Assembly: GCA_048625195.1 (NCBI GenBank)
Contig: JBMCRE010000004.1
Location: forward strand, 3,513 to 67,512
Length of the DNA: 64,000 nucleotides
Source of the DNA: Nanobdellota archaeon
GTDB lineage: Archaea > Nanobdellota > Nanobdellia > Woesearchaeales > UBA583
Reading direction: 5' to 3'
The translations under genes and the position numbers were made by a program. The notes beneath the pieces were generated by a model. It did no database searches. It was given only the letters and a program-made list of their open reading frames with translations, and was not told the DNA's origin. This document shows positions 10,259 to 20,553 of the stretch, one piece after another. How positions within the stretch are numbered: position 1 is the first letter of the stretch; every line of letters begins with the position of its first letter.

Positions 10259-11257
10259 TTAAAAAAAACTACCAAACCCTTGAGCAGGATCTTGAGTAGT
10301 TTCTTCTTCTTTTTTTGACTCTTCATTAGTAGAAACATTGTTTTGTTCTACAACTGTGGATGATGTATCATCCAATCCAGCAGGTCTAATATCTTGAGGA
10401 AGTTTTTTTGCAACCCCTATAGATTGATTATTAGCTTTGCTAAACAAATAAGGTATTGTTTCTTTTGCAATATAAGATGAACTTATTGCTAATGCCAAAG
10501 CGTCTTTAGCGTTATTTCCTAAGAAATAATTTATGTTATCTTTTGTATGGTAGTTTAAACCAATAGATAGCTTAAATGAATCAGTTGAAGCAGATTTTAG
10601 TTTATCAAGGATTTGTTCTACATCAACATCTAATATGTCTCTTTGATATATTAATCCGTTTTCATAAATCCCTTTAATATTTAATCCAACCTCCATTGGT
10701 TCTATTGCAAGTCTTGTTAAAATTTCTGCTAACTTGGAAGAAATTATATCACCTTCTTTTACAACTAAACTGTCTTCTTTTATTTCTACTTTTCCAGCAT
10801 TTATTCCTGCTTTAATTTTGAAAGCACCTAGTTCACCAATAATAGGTCCAGGTGCAAAGCCAGTAGGCCCTGCTTTCACATAGATGTCTTTTGGCGCAAT
10901 TGAGCCTTTTTTTGCAGGCGCAGTGGATTTACTTTTTTTTACTATTTGATATAAAGAAAAAGGATTGTCATTTGTAAAGATTAATCCAGTGATGCCGTTT
11001 AATTGCTTTTTTAACTCTTCAATTTTATTATATTTTTTTGACAACTCATTTAATACTATTTCAACTATGTTTTTTTTAACAATTAAAACTTCTGCAGTAC
11101 CTTTTAATGAAGCTCTGATTCTTTGAAATTGTAATGCAGGCAGGCCTGTTATATCAACAACTCCAACAATTGAGTATTTGTTAGATAAATCTTTGATTTT
11201 TTGTGCATATAATTGATTTCTTTTATTTATTTTTGGAGTATAATTTTCAGGTATCAT
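10259..11257 (-). CDS. rplP0: 50S ribosomal stalk protein P0 (uL10)
   Basis: 332 aa. The C-terminal acidic tail ends in GFGSFF, like P1. It sits between uL1 and P1. Confidence 0.9.
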   Translation of the reverse strand: MIPENYTPKINKRNQLYAQKIKDLSNKYSIVGVVDITGLPALQFQRIRASLKGTAEVLIVKKNIVEIVLNELSKKYNKIEELKKQLNGITGLIFTNDNPFSLYQIVKKSKSTAPAKKGSIAPKDIYVKAGPTGFAPGPIIGELGAFKIKAGINAGKVEIKEDSLVVKEGDIISSKLAEILTRLAIEPMEVGLNIKGIYENGLIYQRDILDVDVEQILDKLKSASTDSFKLSIGLNYHTKDNINYFLGNNAKDALALAISSSYIAKETIPYLFSKANNQSIGVAKKLPQDIRPAGLDDTSSTVVEQNNVSTNEESKKEEETTQDPAQGFGSFF

Positions 11258-11907
11258 TTTAACACCACCAACTTGCCCATTGTAAGTTTAATTGCAACAT
11301 TTTTTATGTTATTTTGATGATTTGGTAATGCATGTAAAATTGATTGATAAATATAATCAATATTTTTCGCAATTAACTCATTGTTTTCATTTTGACTACC
11401 AACAGGAACTTGTAATACTAAATTTTTTTTTGTTTGTAAATGTACTGTTTTTTGTAATTTATCATAGAGTTCTTGTAGAGGTGTCTTTGAATTGATTACC
11501 ATTCCTAATTTAGGGGAAGGCATTTTGTTCATAGGTCCTAAATATTTTCCTAATACTTGTGCAAATAAAGGCATATAGTTTGCTTGCACAACAAATTTGT
11601 CATATTTATGTGTAATTTCTCTTATTTTTTTTAAGTCACCTTTCATGGCTTCTAATTCATCATTGTATAGAACACCGTCAAAAATATCTTTTGCATCATC
11701 AATACTGTGATCGATGATTGCCATAATTTTATAACCTTTAGGTTTAACAAGAGTGTAAAGAGTTGCTCCTATATCTACTTTGTCACTTGGTTTTTTTAAG
11801 TCTAAATTTTGTAAATTAATAATAAGATCAAAAGTTTGTATAAAATTTCTATCTTTAGAAAGTTCTCTTGTTTTAGTGATTTTTTCTTCTAATTCTTTAA
11901 AATCCAT
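11254..11907 (-). CDS. rpl1: 50S ribosomal protein uL1
   Basis: 217 aa. 4-nt overlap with P0. Conserved operon position. Confidence 0.85.
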   Translation of the reverse strand: MDFKELEEKITKTRELSKDRNFIQTFDLIINLQNLDLKKPSDKVDIGATLYTLVKPKGYKIMAIIDHSIDDAKDIFDGVLYNDELEAMKGDLKKIREITHKYDKFVVQANYMPLFAQVLGKYLGPMNKMPSPKLGMVINSKTPLQELYDKLQKTVHLQTKKNLVLQVPVGSQNENNELIAKNIDYIYQSILHALPNHQNNIKNVAIKLTMGKLVVLK

Positions 11908-11914
11908 TTTGTTT

Positions 11915-11921
11915 CTCCTCC
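11915..11921 (-). promoter_or_regulatory. Shine-Dalgarno-like GGAGGAG upstream of uL1
   Basis: The minus strand reads ATAGGAGGAGAAACAAA-ATG. Confidence 0.45.
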
Positions 11922-12129
11922 TATAATAGTTAATTTATTATTATAGTATATCAGAGTTGATTCTGTATAAGAAAGAAATGATATTTGATTTATAAAATTG
12001 TTGGTATTTTTTATAATTACTATAAAATATATAGTTTAATTTATTAAATTGTATATTCTTTTATTTTTTAGTTTGAAATTTTTAATGTGCATAAGATTTT
12101 TATAATAGAGATTATAATTAAATATTTAT

Positions 12130-13286
12130 ATGATTTTGACTAAGAAGGATATTTTATTAAAGACTAAACTTGATTTTTATAAGGAAATAAAGAAGCAACA
12201 AGAAAACTTTAAACCTACAAAAGAACTTGAAGGATATGGAGTATCTTCAATTGTTGGAGAGAGAGACTACCCTACTCCAAAAGTATATAATGTTCAATCA
12301 CAAAACAAGAAAATTCTTTTTTTAAAACAAATGAGATAGTCAAAAGAGATTATAATGATATAATAAAGTTAAAAGCAAAAGATGTTTTAGCAAATACTAA
12401 TAATATTTTTGTGAAAAATATTAAAGAAAAAATTTTGCAAAATATGAATGATATTTATAAAGCTAAAAAATCTATAAATTTTACATCTAAATTTGATAAA
12501 GAATTAAAGTTAAAGAAACCTTTAATAAATGATTTGTTTACAATTGGTGGAGGAAAAAATGAGATAATTAACCTTGAGTTTAATATGAATGTTTCTATAT
12601 CTAAACAAATAGAAAAATATATTCAAGGAGATACTAAATCAAAAGAAGCAGTAATTAATTTATATGAAAGAGGATTTAATGAATCACAAATAATAAATCT
12701 TTTATCTCTTGGAAATTTTGGAATTGATATAAACAAACGATGTGTTCCTACAAGATGGACTATTAGTGCGTATGATAAAATTATAGAAAGTTTTTTGTAT
12801 GATAAAATAAAAAAATATAAATTAATTTCTAACTATGAAATTTTTTTTTATGAAGATAAAGGAAATAAATTTTTAGTGATTTTAATTCCAGATGTTTTTT
12901 CTTTTGAAAATATAGAATTTACAAATGATAATTGGAAAGCAGTAGATTATGTTAAGTATAATAATAAATTGAATTATAAAGAACCTAAAACTGCTGGTGG
13001 TTTTTTTGCAAGCAAAGTTGCAATATTAGAATATTTACGAGAAAGAAAAAAGCAAGCAAGTATTGTTTGTTTGAGATTAATAGATAATTATGAAATTCCT
13101 CTTGGTGTTGTATTTGTAAGAGAGAGTTTGAGAGAAAGTATGAAAAATAATATATATAAAACGTACAATATTAAAGATGTTAAGTTTTTTGTGTTTGAAA
13201 ACTATTTTATTTTTTTTGATCAATTTTTAAAATCTAATTCCTTAAAAGAATTAAATTTTCAAAAAAAAATTAATGATTTTTTTTAA
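12130..13286 (+). pseudogene. Nre-family (DUF650/DUF651-like) DNA-repair-associated protein, split by a frameshift in a T7 run
   Basis: ORFs 12130-12339 and 12411-13286 lie in frames differing by 1. The downstream frame is already open from 12291. Adding one T to the run at 12317-12323 fuses them. Internal VPTRWTISAYD motif and C-terminal PIP box QKKINDFF. Confidence 0.6.
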
Positions 13287-13942
13287 TCTAAATCTTGACT
13301 GAAGGTTTTTATTAATTCAAAAATCAAGTTAGAAGTGTTTGAGTACCCTAGCCTTTCTTCTTCAAAGTGTTTATAGTTATCTAAATGTCCAGAAAGTATG
13401 GCTCTTATCTTTTTAAGAGAAGATAAGAAAGTTTCAATTTTTTCATCTGTTGTCTTAATTTTTATTTTGGATAAATCATTTAGTAATATATTAAATTCAT
13501 TATCTTGTACGTCAAGTACTTCATATAAGTGTTTTTCTATTAGAAATACATTTTTGAATTTATTGTAATTTTTTGCATCAACTAACTTAATTGTAAAGTT
13601 AGATATAAATAGTTTTAATGTTTCTTTTTCTCTTAGTTCTTTTTTGAGTATGTTAAAATCGTTCTTAAATTGAAAGATGTCATTTAATATTTTTTTTGTG
13701 TCTTTTAGCTCTAATATTTTTTTTAAAGTATCATACTTTTTGTTCGCAATTAAATGAATTAAGTGGTTTGAGTCTTCTAGTACTGTCTCTTCACCATGTT
13801 TTAAATTTTTAATGTCAGTACCCCATAATTTTGCTTCTAACTTTTCTAATTCTTTTAGATATTTTAAAATTTTTTCTTGTTCATGTTTTATTTTTGATTT
13901 TTTGTTATTTGAATATAATATCACGTTTAATAATTTACTCAT
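13283..13942 (-). CDS. hypothetical helical/coiled-coil protein
   Basis: 219-aa ORF. No family recognised. Confidence 0.5.
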   Translation of the reverse strand: MSKLLNVILYSNNKKSKIKHEQEKILKYLKELEKLEAKLWGTDIKNLKHGEETVLEDSNHLIHLIANKKYDTLKKILELKDTKKILNDIFQFKNDFNILKKELREKETLKLFISNFTIKLVDAKNYNKFKNVFLIEKHLYEVLDVQDNEFNILLNDLSKIKIKTTDEKIETFLSSLKKIRAILSGHLDNYKHFEEERLGYSNTSNLIFELIKTFSQDLD

Positions 13943-14082
13943 AATTATAATATAATTCTAATTCTAAATAAATATTTTTTGTAACTTGACAATTGAGAAG
14001 TTTGAAAAAATATTTAATCGATATTTGGATTGTTATTTAAAAATTAATTTGAAGTTTATAATTTATTGTTAGATTAACTTGT

Positions 14083-15057
14083 TTATCTTATATTAAAGAA
14101 CATTTTAATAAATAGATGTTGTTTTGTAAAGGGGAGATCTTCAAATACTTTTAGCATTTTTTCTTGTTTTTGTTTTCTTTCTAAAATTTTATTTAACTCA
14201 TACATTTCATAGTTTTTGTTTATTAGTTTTTTTGCAATTTCTTCTCCACTTATGATGGCAAATGGAATACCTTCTCCTGTTGTTTTTGATGCTAGACCAG
14301 CAGCATCTCCAATAAGAAAAATGTTGTCAAATATACATCCATTATATGAATAATTAATTGCTGCAGATTCAAATTTACTTTGGGAGAAGTCAAGTTTTTG
14401 AGATTTTAAAAAATTTTCCAAATTAATTTTTGAATTTTGAGCAGAAACAAATTTAGGGTTATAAAAGACACCAATATTTGTGTGTGTTTTATGTGGAAAA
14501 ACCCAAATATAACCAGATCTTAATTGTTTAGGGTTAAAATACAATATTAATTCATTAGTGATTTTTGGAATATTGTAATATCCACCAATACATATTTTTG
14601 ATTTTAATTTAAGATGCTGTCTTACTATTGAATTTGATCCATCTGCACCAATTAAATATTTAAATTTAAAACTTCCTTGTGAAGTAATTATTTCATTTTT
14701 TTTTATTTTTGTGGTTTTTGTATTTTTTAATATTTTAATGTTTTTATGATTTTGTATTTTTTTTAATTGATATTGTCCTAATTCAAATCTAGATATTATT
14801 TTTAAAGGATTATTCAAAGGTATAGTGTGTTCTTGTTCTTTAATATAAATTTTTTGACTTTGAAAATTACGAAGTTTTTCTTCTTTTATATTTAAGTCTT
14901 TGTTTAAATTTGATAAACCTCCTGCACATATTTTTGGTCCAATTATTTTATTTTTCTCTATTAATAGTATTGACAAATTTGATTTTTTTAATTGATTTGC
15001 ACATGATAATCCAGCAGGACCTGCCCCTATTATAATAACATCGTATTGATTTGACAT
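14083..15057 (-). CDS. FAD-dependent oxidoreductase, geranylgeranyl reductase family
   Basis: N-terminal YDVIIIGAGPAGLSCA dinucleotide-binding motif and GDAAGLASKTTGEGI motif. Confidence 0.75.
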   Translation of the reverse strand: MSNQYDVIIIGAGPAGLSCANQLKKSNLSILLIEKNKIIGPKICAGGLSNLNKDLNIKEEKLRNFQSQKIYIKEQEHTIPLNNPLKIISRFELGQYQLKKIQNHKNIKILKNTKTTKIKKNEIITSQGSFKFKYLIGADGSNSIVRQHLKLKSKICIGGYYNIPKITNELILYFNPKQLRSGYIWVFPHKTHTNIGVFYNPKFVSAQNSKINLENFLKSQKLDFSQSKFESAAINYSYNGCIFDNIFLIGDAAGLASKTTGEGIPFAIISGEEIAKKLINKNYEMYELNKILERKQKQEKMLKVFEDLPFTKQHLFIKMFFNIR

Positions 15058-15166
15058 AATAAAGTATAAAGTAGAAAATTATTATAAGTGTTTTCTTTGT
15101 AAATTATTTTTTTTAGAATTTTTTTGTTTTGTATTAGCTTTTAAAATTAAAAATTAAAATTAAAAA

Positions 15167-15715
15167 TTAATATTCTTGTTGTTCTTTTTCGTAATATCCT
15201 TTAGGATGAGAACAAACAGGGCATACATCAGGTGCTTCTAATCCTTTATGAACATTACCACATTTTTTACAAATCCAACTGATTTTTTCTTCTCTTGATG
15301 AATATAATATATCGTTTTCTAATTGGTTTAATAATCTTTTATATCTTTCTTCATGGTGTTTTTCGATTTTTGCAAGTTTTGAAAATAGCTTTTGTGCATC
15401 TTGAAATCCTTCTTCTTGTGCAATTTTTTCAAAGTTAGGATACATTTCTTGATTTTCGTAATGTTCTCCATCAATACATTCTTGAAGATTGTTTTTACTA
15501 TTTCCAATGCCTTTTAATAATTTTAATAATAATTTTGCATGTTCTTGTTCATTTTTTGCAGTTTCTTCAAAAAAATCTGCTAATTTTTGATGTCCTTCTT
15601 TTCTTGCAACTTTTGCAAAAAAATCATATTTGTTTCTAGCTTGGCTTTCTCCTGCAAAGGCAGCTAGTATATTTAGATATGTTTTAGGAAATTCATTTTT
15701 TAAATTTTCATCCAT
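15167..15715 (-). CDS. rbr: rubrerythrin
   Basis: Ferritin-like E..H repeats (EQEHAKLL, EKHHEERY) plus a C-terminal rubredoxin-type CKKCG...CPVCSHP. Confidence 0.85.
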   Translation of the reverse strand: MDENLKNEFPKTYLNILAAFAGESQARNKYDFFAKVARKEGHQKLADFFEETAKNEQEHAKLLLKLLKGIGNSKNNLQECIDGEHYENQEMYPNFEKIAQEEGFQDAQKLFSKLAKIEKHHEERYKRLLNQLENDILYSSREEKISWICKKCGNVHKGLEAPDVCPVCSHPKGYYEKEQQEY

Positions 15716-15777
15716 TGTAACAATTATAAGTTTATTAATATTTATAAATCTTGAGTTAAAGTGGTTTAGGTAAATAA

Positions 15778-16329
15778 TTATAATTTTAAAAAATTTATAA
15801 TTAATTCTTTGTTTCTAACTTCTGGGTGAAATAGTATTGCATAAATATTTTTATTTTTATGTTTAAAAATTTGGTTATAATTTTGTGATTGTGCTAATAT
15901 TTCAAATTTATTAATTTTTTCTATATATTTAGAGTGAAGTGCATATGTTTGATCAAAGTTGATATTATTTAATATAATATCTTCTTTTATAATTTTTATG
16001 TTAATTAAACCAATTTCTTTTCCTTCTTTTATCTTAGAATTATATACTAATCCTATAATATGAGCACCGGCGCAAATTCCTAAAACATCTCCTTTAAATG
16101 TTTTTATAAAATTAAATATTTCTAGATGATTTAAGTATTCAAAATCTTTTAAAGCATTTCCACATAAGATAATTTTATTGTATTGTTTTAATTTTTTTTT
16201 TTTAATATCTAAATAATGAATAATATCATATTTTTTTGTTTTTTTCACAATATTTTCTATTGGTTTTACAAATTCATTTGAACTTAGAGATTCTTTTTTA
16301 TAACATAAATTAATTATTAATACTTTCAT
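15778..16329 (-). CDS. class I glutamine amidotransferase (GuaA-subunit-A-like size)
   Basis: 183 aa. Nucleophile elbow GICAGAH and C-terminal FHPEV (His-Glu of the triad). Confidence 0.7.
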   Translation of the reverse strand: MKVLIINLCYKKESLSSNEFVKPIENIVKKTKKYDIIHYLDIKKKKLKQYNKIILCGNALKDFEYLNHLEIFNFIKTFKGDVLGICAGAHIIGLVYNSKIKEGKEIGLINIKIIKEDIILNNINFDQTYALHSKYIEKINKFEILAQSQNYNQIFKHKNKNIYAILFHPEVRNKELIINFLKL

Positions 16330-17011
16330 TTTTTTTAATAAGTTTTACTTCATTTATAATTAGTTCTGCTGAATTTTCACTATCTTCTTCTATATTTGAA
16401 TTAATTATTTTTATTTTATAATTAAATAATGGACTATTTATAACAAAAGTTTCTATTTCTCCACCTTCTCCTGCAGGATTTATCTTATATTTTTTTTGCA
16501 TTTGAATTAATTCATCTAGTAATTCATTATTTAATTTTCTTCCTAAATAATTTTTATTTAAAGGATATGATGCAATACTTACAATTATTACTTCAAAATT
16601 ATTTTTAATAATATCTTTTAAAAATTCTACTTGATCTTTTTGCCATAAAGGATTAAAGCACCAAATATTTAATTCTTTACATATTTTTTGAATTCTTGAG
16701 GATTGATATATTGAATTAATTGCTCCAGTAACTATACCTTCAATAGAATATTTTTGTATTGCTAATTTTATTGCTTTTTTTAAATCTTTTAATTCTTCTT
16801 CTTTTTTTCCTATAGTTTCAAATTCAATTAATGGTATATTTAAAGCTAAAGATTGATGTTTTATTAAATTAATTCCATTTGTTTGAAACATGTAACTATA
16901 AGGATTTTTAGATTTTATAGATATAAGACATTTTATTTTGTGTTTTCTGGATGCTTCATATAGTGCATAATTTGAATCTTTTCCGCCAGAATATAATATT
17001 GCAAGTTTCAT
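16310..17011 (-). CDS. PP-loop ATPase of the MJ0570/Dph6 family (diphthine-ammonia ligase-like)
   Basis: MKLAILYSGGKDSNYAL PP-loop, ...NPLWQKD..., ...GEGGEIETFVINSPLF, typical of the Dph6 N-terminal domain family. Confidence 0.75.
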   Translation of the reverse strand: MKLAILYSGGKDSNYALYEASRKHKIKCLISIKSKNPYSYMFQTNGINLIKHQSLALNIPLIEFETIGKKEEELKDLKKAIKLAIQKYSIEGIVTGAINSIYQSSRIQKICKELNIWCFNPLWQKDQVEFLKDIIKNNFEVIIVSIASYPLNKNYLGRKLNNELLDELIQMQKKYKINPAGEGGEIETFVINSPLFNYKIKIINSNIEEDSENSAELIINEVKLIKKNESINN

Positions 17012-17075
17012 TTTTATGTGTGCATGATATTATATATTCACAAATATTTATAAAACTTTAACTTTATTTGTATAT

Positions 17076-17402
17076 ATGAAGTTCTTATTTAATTTATTAT
17101 GGATTGTAATCTTAATTTTTAGTTTCTTGTTTGTGGGATGTAATATTCCAACAATAAAAGATTTAGAATTAAATAAAGATCATAATTTATATGCAGGAAA
17201 TGGGGAAATTTGTGAAAATTCATATATTAAAGTTAATTGTCAAGAAGGATTAGAATGTAAAACTGTTACTACAAAGCCACATATAATAAAGGTTTGTTAT
17301 CCTTATAATGAAGAGTTACCTGAGGATTTTGTGTATAAAAATACTTATGAAAATGATGTTTTTATAGAGCAAAAAAATAACTTTAAAAGGAATTCTAGTT
17401 AA
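17076..17402 (+). CDS. small secreted Cys-containing protein with a lipobox-like signal (FVGC)
   Basis: 108 aa. Hydrophobic N-terminus ending in VGC. Five further Cys in GEICENSYIKVNCQEGLECKTV...KVCY. Confidence 0.45.
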   Translation: MKFLFNLLWIVILIFSFLFVGCNIPTIKDLELNKDHNLYAGNGEICENSYIKVNCQEGLECKTVTTKPHIIKVCYPYNEELPEDFVYKNTYENDVFIEQKNNFKRNSS

Positions 17403-17749
17403 AATATTTTTTAAATTTTTATTTTATAATAACGCTTTTTGTTAAGTTTCTTGGTCTATATAAATTAAATTTAGCTTAAACATTATATTGAATGTTATTA
17501 ATTAAAGCAAAATATAAGTATATAATTTTTGATTTGTAAAATATTTTTGTGATATTTTTAGAATTTTTTTTGATTAATATTTAATAATTTATTTGGGTTA
17601 TTTTTAGAATTTTTTAAAAGATTTTTATGGTCTTTGTTTATAATATTTGATTTAGATTCTGATTGAAATATTGATGATTGTGAGATTTTAGATTAAAACT
17701 ATTTTATTGATAATTATTATTTATAATATTGAAAATAAAATTAAAAAAA

Positions 17750-18163
17750 TTAATTTTGAGTTGTTTCTTCTTCTTTTGCAGGTGCAAAAGCTTTTTCTAC
17801 TATAGAATCTCCTTTAGTAGTTTTTAAGTTAATTTGATGAGTCTTTTCATATATTTTGCCTCCTGCAACAGTTTTTTTTACTCTTAAACCACCAAATCTT
17901 TTTCCTTTTAGTTTTCCTCTAAAACCAATTCCTTTAGTTATGAATAATTTTTTTTTACCAGCAATAGGTAAATCTTTTCTCATAGGAAAACCATTTGCAT
18001 CGGACCCTCCAGTTATTAGAAATTTAGTGTTACTAAATCCAATTAGTTCACCATTGATTTCTTCCCCAAGAGTCCTGTTGTATAAGGCCTCAGCTTCTTG
18101 TTGGGATAGTTCTTTTTGATAACATTTCCCTGATTTTGTTCCGATGACAATTTTTATAGCCAT
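17750..18163 (-). CDS. rps6e: 30S ribosomal protein eS6
   Basis: 137 aa. ...GGSDANGFPMRKD... is typical of S6e. Confidence 0.9.
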   Translation of the reverse strand: MAIKIVIGTKSGKCYQKELSQQEAEALYNRTLGEEINGELIGFSNTKFLITGGSDANGFPMRKDLPIAGKKKLFITKGIGFRGKLKGKRFGGLRVKKTVAGGKIYEKTHQINLKTTKGDSIVEKAFAPAKEEETTQN

Positions 18164-18256
18164 GATATTAAAAAATGTAATTTGATTTATAAATTGAATG
18201 GTTTATTTGATATTTGTAAAATGAAATATAAATAATTACTTTTTAGGGATTTTTAT

Positions 18257-18835
18257 TTAAATGTTATTTAGTTGAGTTTTTTGAAAAAGTCTTTTTTTGA
18301 ATTTTTCGAGTTCTCCAGGTGTTTCTAATATTGTTTTAATTATTTCTTTTAATTTTGGATTTCTAAAGTTTTCTTTTTGTGTTTCTTTTATGAAATCTTC
18401 AAATGTTAATTCTAAAACTGTTATTTTTTCTCCTTTAGTATTTAATGGTTGTGTTATTTTTTTAGAGTTTCTACCAATATAAATATAAAAATTTCTTATA
18501 ACTTTTGATCCTAAACTATCTTTTGATAAAAATTCTAACTCTTTACATTCAATTCCTGTTTCTTCTAGTAATTCTCGTTTTCCTGCAATTTGAGGAGTTT
18601 CGTTATCATCAACATTTCCTCCAGGAAGTCCTATTTTATAATTATTAAAATCAGGTTGTTTTTCTTTTATAAGTATAATTTTATCATTTAATGTAGTTAA
18701 AACTTGAACATTATCATTTCTTAGAGCAACTTCAAAAGTTTCATAAGTACCATCAAACATTTTTTGCTCCCATTGATAAATTTTAAATAATATACCATTA
18801 AAAACTAACTTTGCATTTTGAGGAATTTGAGTCAT
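18257..18835 (-). CDS. NUDIX hydrolase
   Basis: Nudix box GLPGGNVDDNETPQIAGKRELLEETG. Confidence 0.85.
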   Translation of the reverse strand: MTQIPQNAKLVFNGILFKIYQWEQKMFDGTYETFEVALRNDNVQVLTTLNDKIILIKEKQPDFNNYKIGLPGGNVDDNETPQIAGKRELLEETGIECKELEFLSKDSLGSKVIRNFYIYIGRNSKKITQPLNTKGEKITVLELTFEDFIKETQKENFRNPKLKEIIKTILETPGELEKFKKRLFQKTQLNNI

Positions 18836-19014
18836 ATAATATTAATATATTTTAGTTTTATAAATTTAATTGTAGTTTGTTGTAGTTTTTTAATGTTTAT
18901 TTGAAAAGATAATTTTTTATGATTTATATATTTATATATAGATATAATAGTATGTTTTTATGATTTTTTTTAAAAATTAAAATGAGTTTAAAAAATTTAT
19001 ATGTTAAATATGAA

Positions 19015-19302
19015 CTATTCCGATATGATTTTTCTTTTTTTATAAATAGATTGATTTGTCATAAAATCAACTCCAATTTTATCTTGTATAATTTGTATTT
19101 CATATTCGAATAATCCAAAAGGGCCAATTTTTATCGATTTATATTCGTTTTTTTCTTGATAATTAATGCTTGGATTTTTGATTTCACATATTCCAAGAGT
19201 TCTTTGAATAGGCATATTATCTCTTAATAGAGTCATTTCTAAATCTTTGATTTGAATAGGTTTACCTTTATTATTTATGAAAGTTGTTTTAATTGGTTCC
19301 AT
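19015..19302 (-). CDS. hypothetical protein
   Basis: 95-aa ORF in a gap between genes. No family recognised. Confidence 0.4.
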   Translation of the reverse strand: MEPIKTTFINNKGKPIQIKDLEMTLLRDNMPIQRTLGICEIKNPSINYQEKNEYKSIKIGPFGLFEYEIQIIQDKIGVDFMTNQSIYKKRKIISE

Positions 19303-19345
19303 TTTTATCTATATAATTATGTTTATTTATTATTTAATTTTTCTT

Positions 19346-20479
19346 TTATTTTACTGCTTTTGCAACTATATCAGAAATTCCTTTAGTTAATGGTGATGGT
19401 ATTATTAGAGTAGGATTAGGATTTTCTATAGAATTTGCTAAGTTAATTGCTGCATTTATCATAATTTCTTTAGTTATGATTTTTATGTTGTTTTGAAAAG
19501 CACCTTTAAATATTCCAGGAAAAACTAAAACATTATTTATTTGATTTTCAAAATCAGATCGTCCTGTTGCAATTATTTTTGCTCCAGCTTGTTTTGCAAT
19601 ATCAGGCATTATTTCAGGGGTAGGATTTGCCATTGCAAAAATTATAGGATCTTTGTTCATTGATTGAATATGTTTTTGTGTTAATAAATTAGCAACAGAA
19701 ACTCCAATAAAAACATCTCTATTTTTTATTGCATTTTTCAAATTTCCAGAAATATTTTTTTTATTTGTGATATCTAATATTTCTTTTTTTATCCAATTTA
19801 AATCATCTCTGTTTCTTGAAACAATTCCCTTGCTGTCACAGACAATTATATCATTAAAACCATATTTATGTAACAATTTAGTTATTGCAATTCCTGCAGC
19901 ACCACTGCCGTTAATTAATATTTTGATATCATTGGGTTTTTTATTTACAATTTTTAAACTATTAATTAATCCAGCAAGAACTACAATTGCAGTTCCGTGT
20001 TGATCATCGTGAAATATAGGTATATCTAATTCTTCTTTTAATATTTTTTCAATTTCAAAACATCTTGGAGCAGATATATCTTCTAAGTTTATTCCTCCAT
20101 AACTTTTTGAAATTAATTTTATTGTTTCAATAATTGTTTTTGTATCTTGTGTATCTAAAACTACTGGTACAGCATTTATACCTCCAAATTCTTTAAATAA
20201 TATAGATTTTCCTTCCATTACAGGTATTGCAGCGTCAGGACCAATATTTCCAAGTCCTAAAACTGCGCTTCCATCACTAATTACTGCAACACAATTTTTA
20301 GAAAAAGTAAGTTCTTTTGCTTGTTTTTTGTCTTTCTTTATTTCTAAACAAGCTCCTGCCACACCTGGAGTATATGCTAAACTTAAATCATTTTTATTTT
20401 TAATATTTACTTTTGAACAAATTTGCATATTTCCTTTATTTTTCTTATGTAATTTAATACTTTCTTCTTTATATTCCAT
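19346..20479 (-). CDS. NAD(P)-dependent malic enzyme (short prokaryotic form)
   Basis: 377 aa. ...LSLAYTPGVA..., ...FHDDQHGTAIV..., ...GSGAAGIA... motifs. Confidence 0.85.
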   Translation of the reverse strand: MEYKEESIKLHKKNKGNMQICSKVNIKNKNDLSLAYTPGVAGACLEIKKDKKQAKELTFSKNCVAVISDGSAVLGLGNIGPDAAIPVMEGKSILFKEFGGINAVPVVLDTQDTKTIIETIKLISKSYGGINLEDISAPRCFEIEKILKEELDIPIFHDDQHGTAIVVLAGLINSLKIVNKKPNDIKILINGSGAAGIAITKLLHKYGFNDIIVCDSKGIVSRNRDDLNWIKKEILDITNKKNISGNLKNAIKNRDVFIGVSVANLLTQKHIQSMNKDPIIFAMANPTPEIMPDIAKQAGAKIIATGRSDFENQINNVLVFPGIFKGAFQNNIKIITKEIMINAAINLANSIENPNPTLIIPSPLTKGISDIVAKAVK

Positions 20480-20553
20480 AATAATATATAATTAGATTTG
20501 TTTATAAATTTCTCCAATGTTTGACAAAAAACAAAATAGAATCATAATTTAAT

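Noticed and set aside
12337-12339. TAG read-through or recoding to join the two Nre ORFs
   Set aside because: The downstream ORF is in a different frame, so stop-codon suppression cannot join them. A one-base change in the T7 run does.
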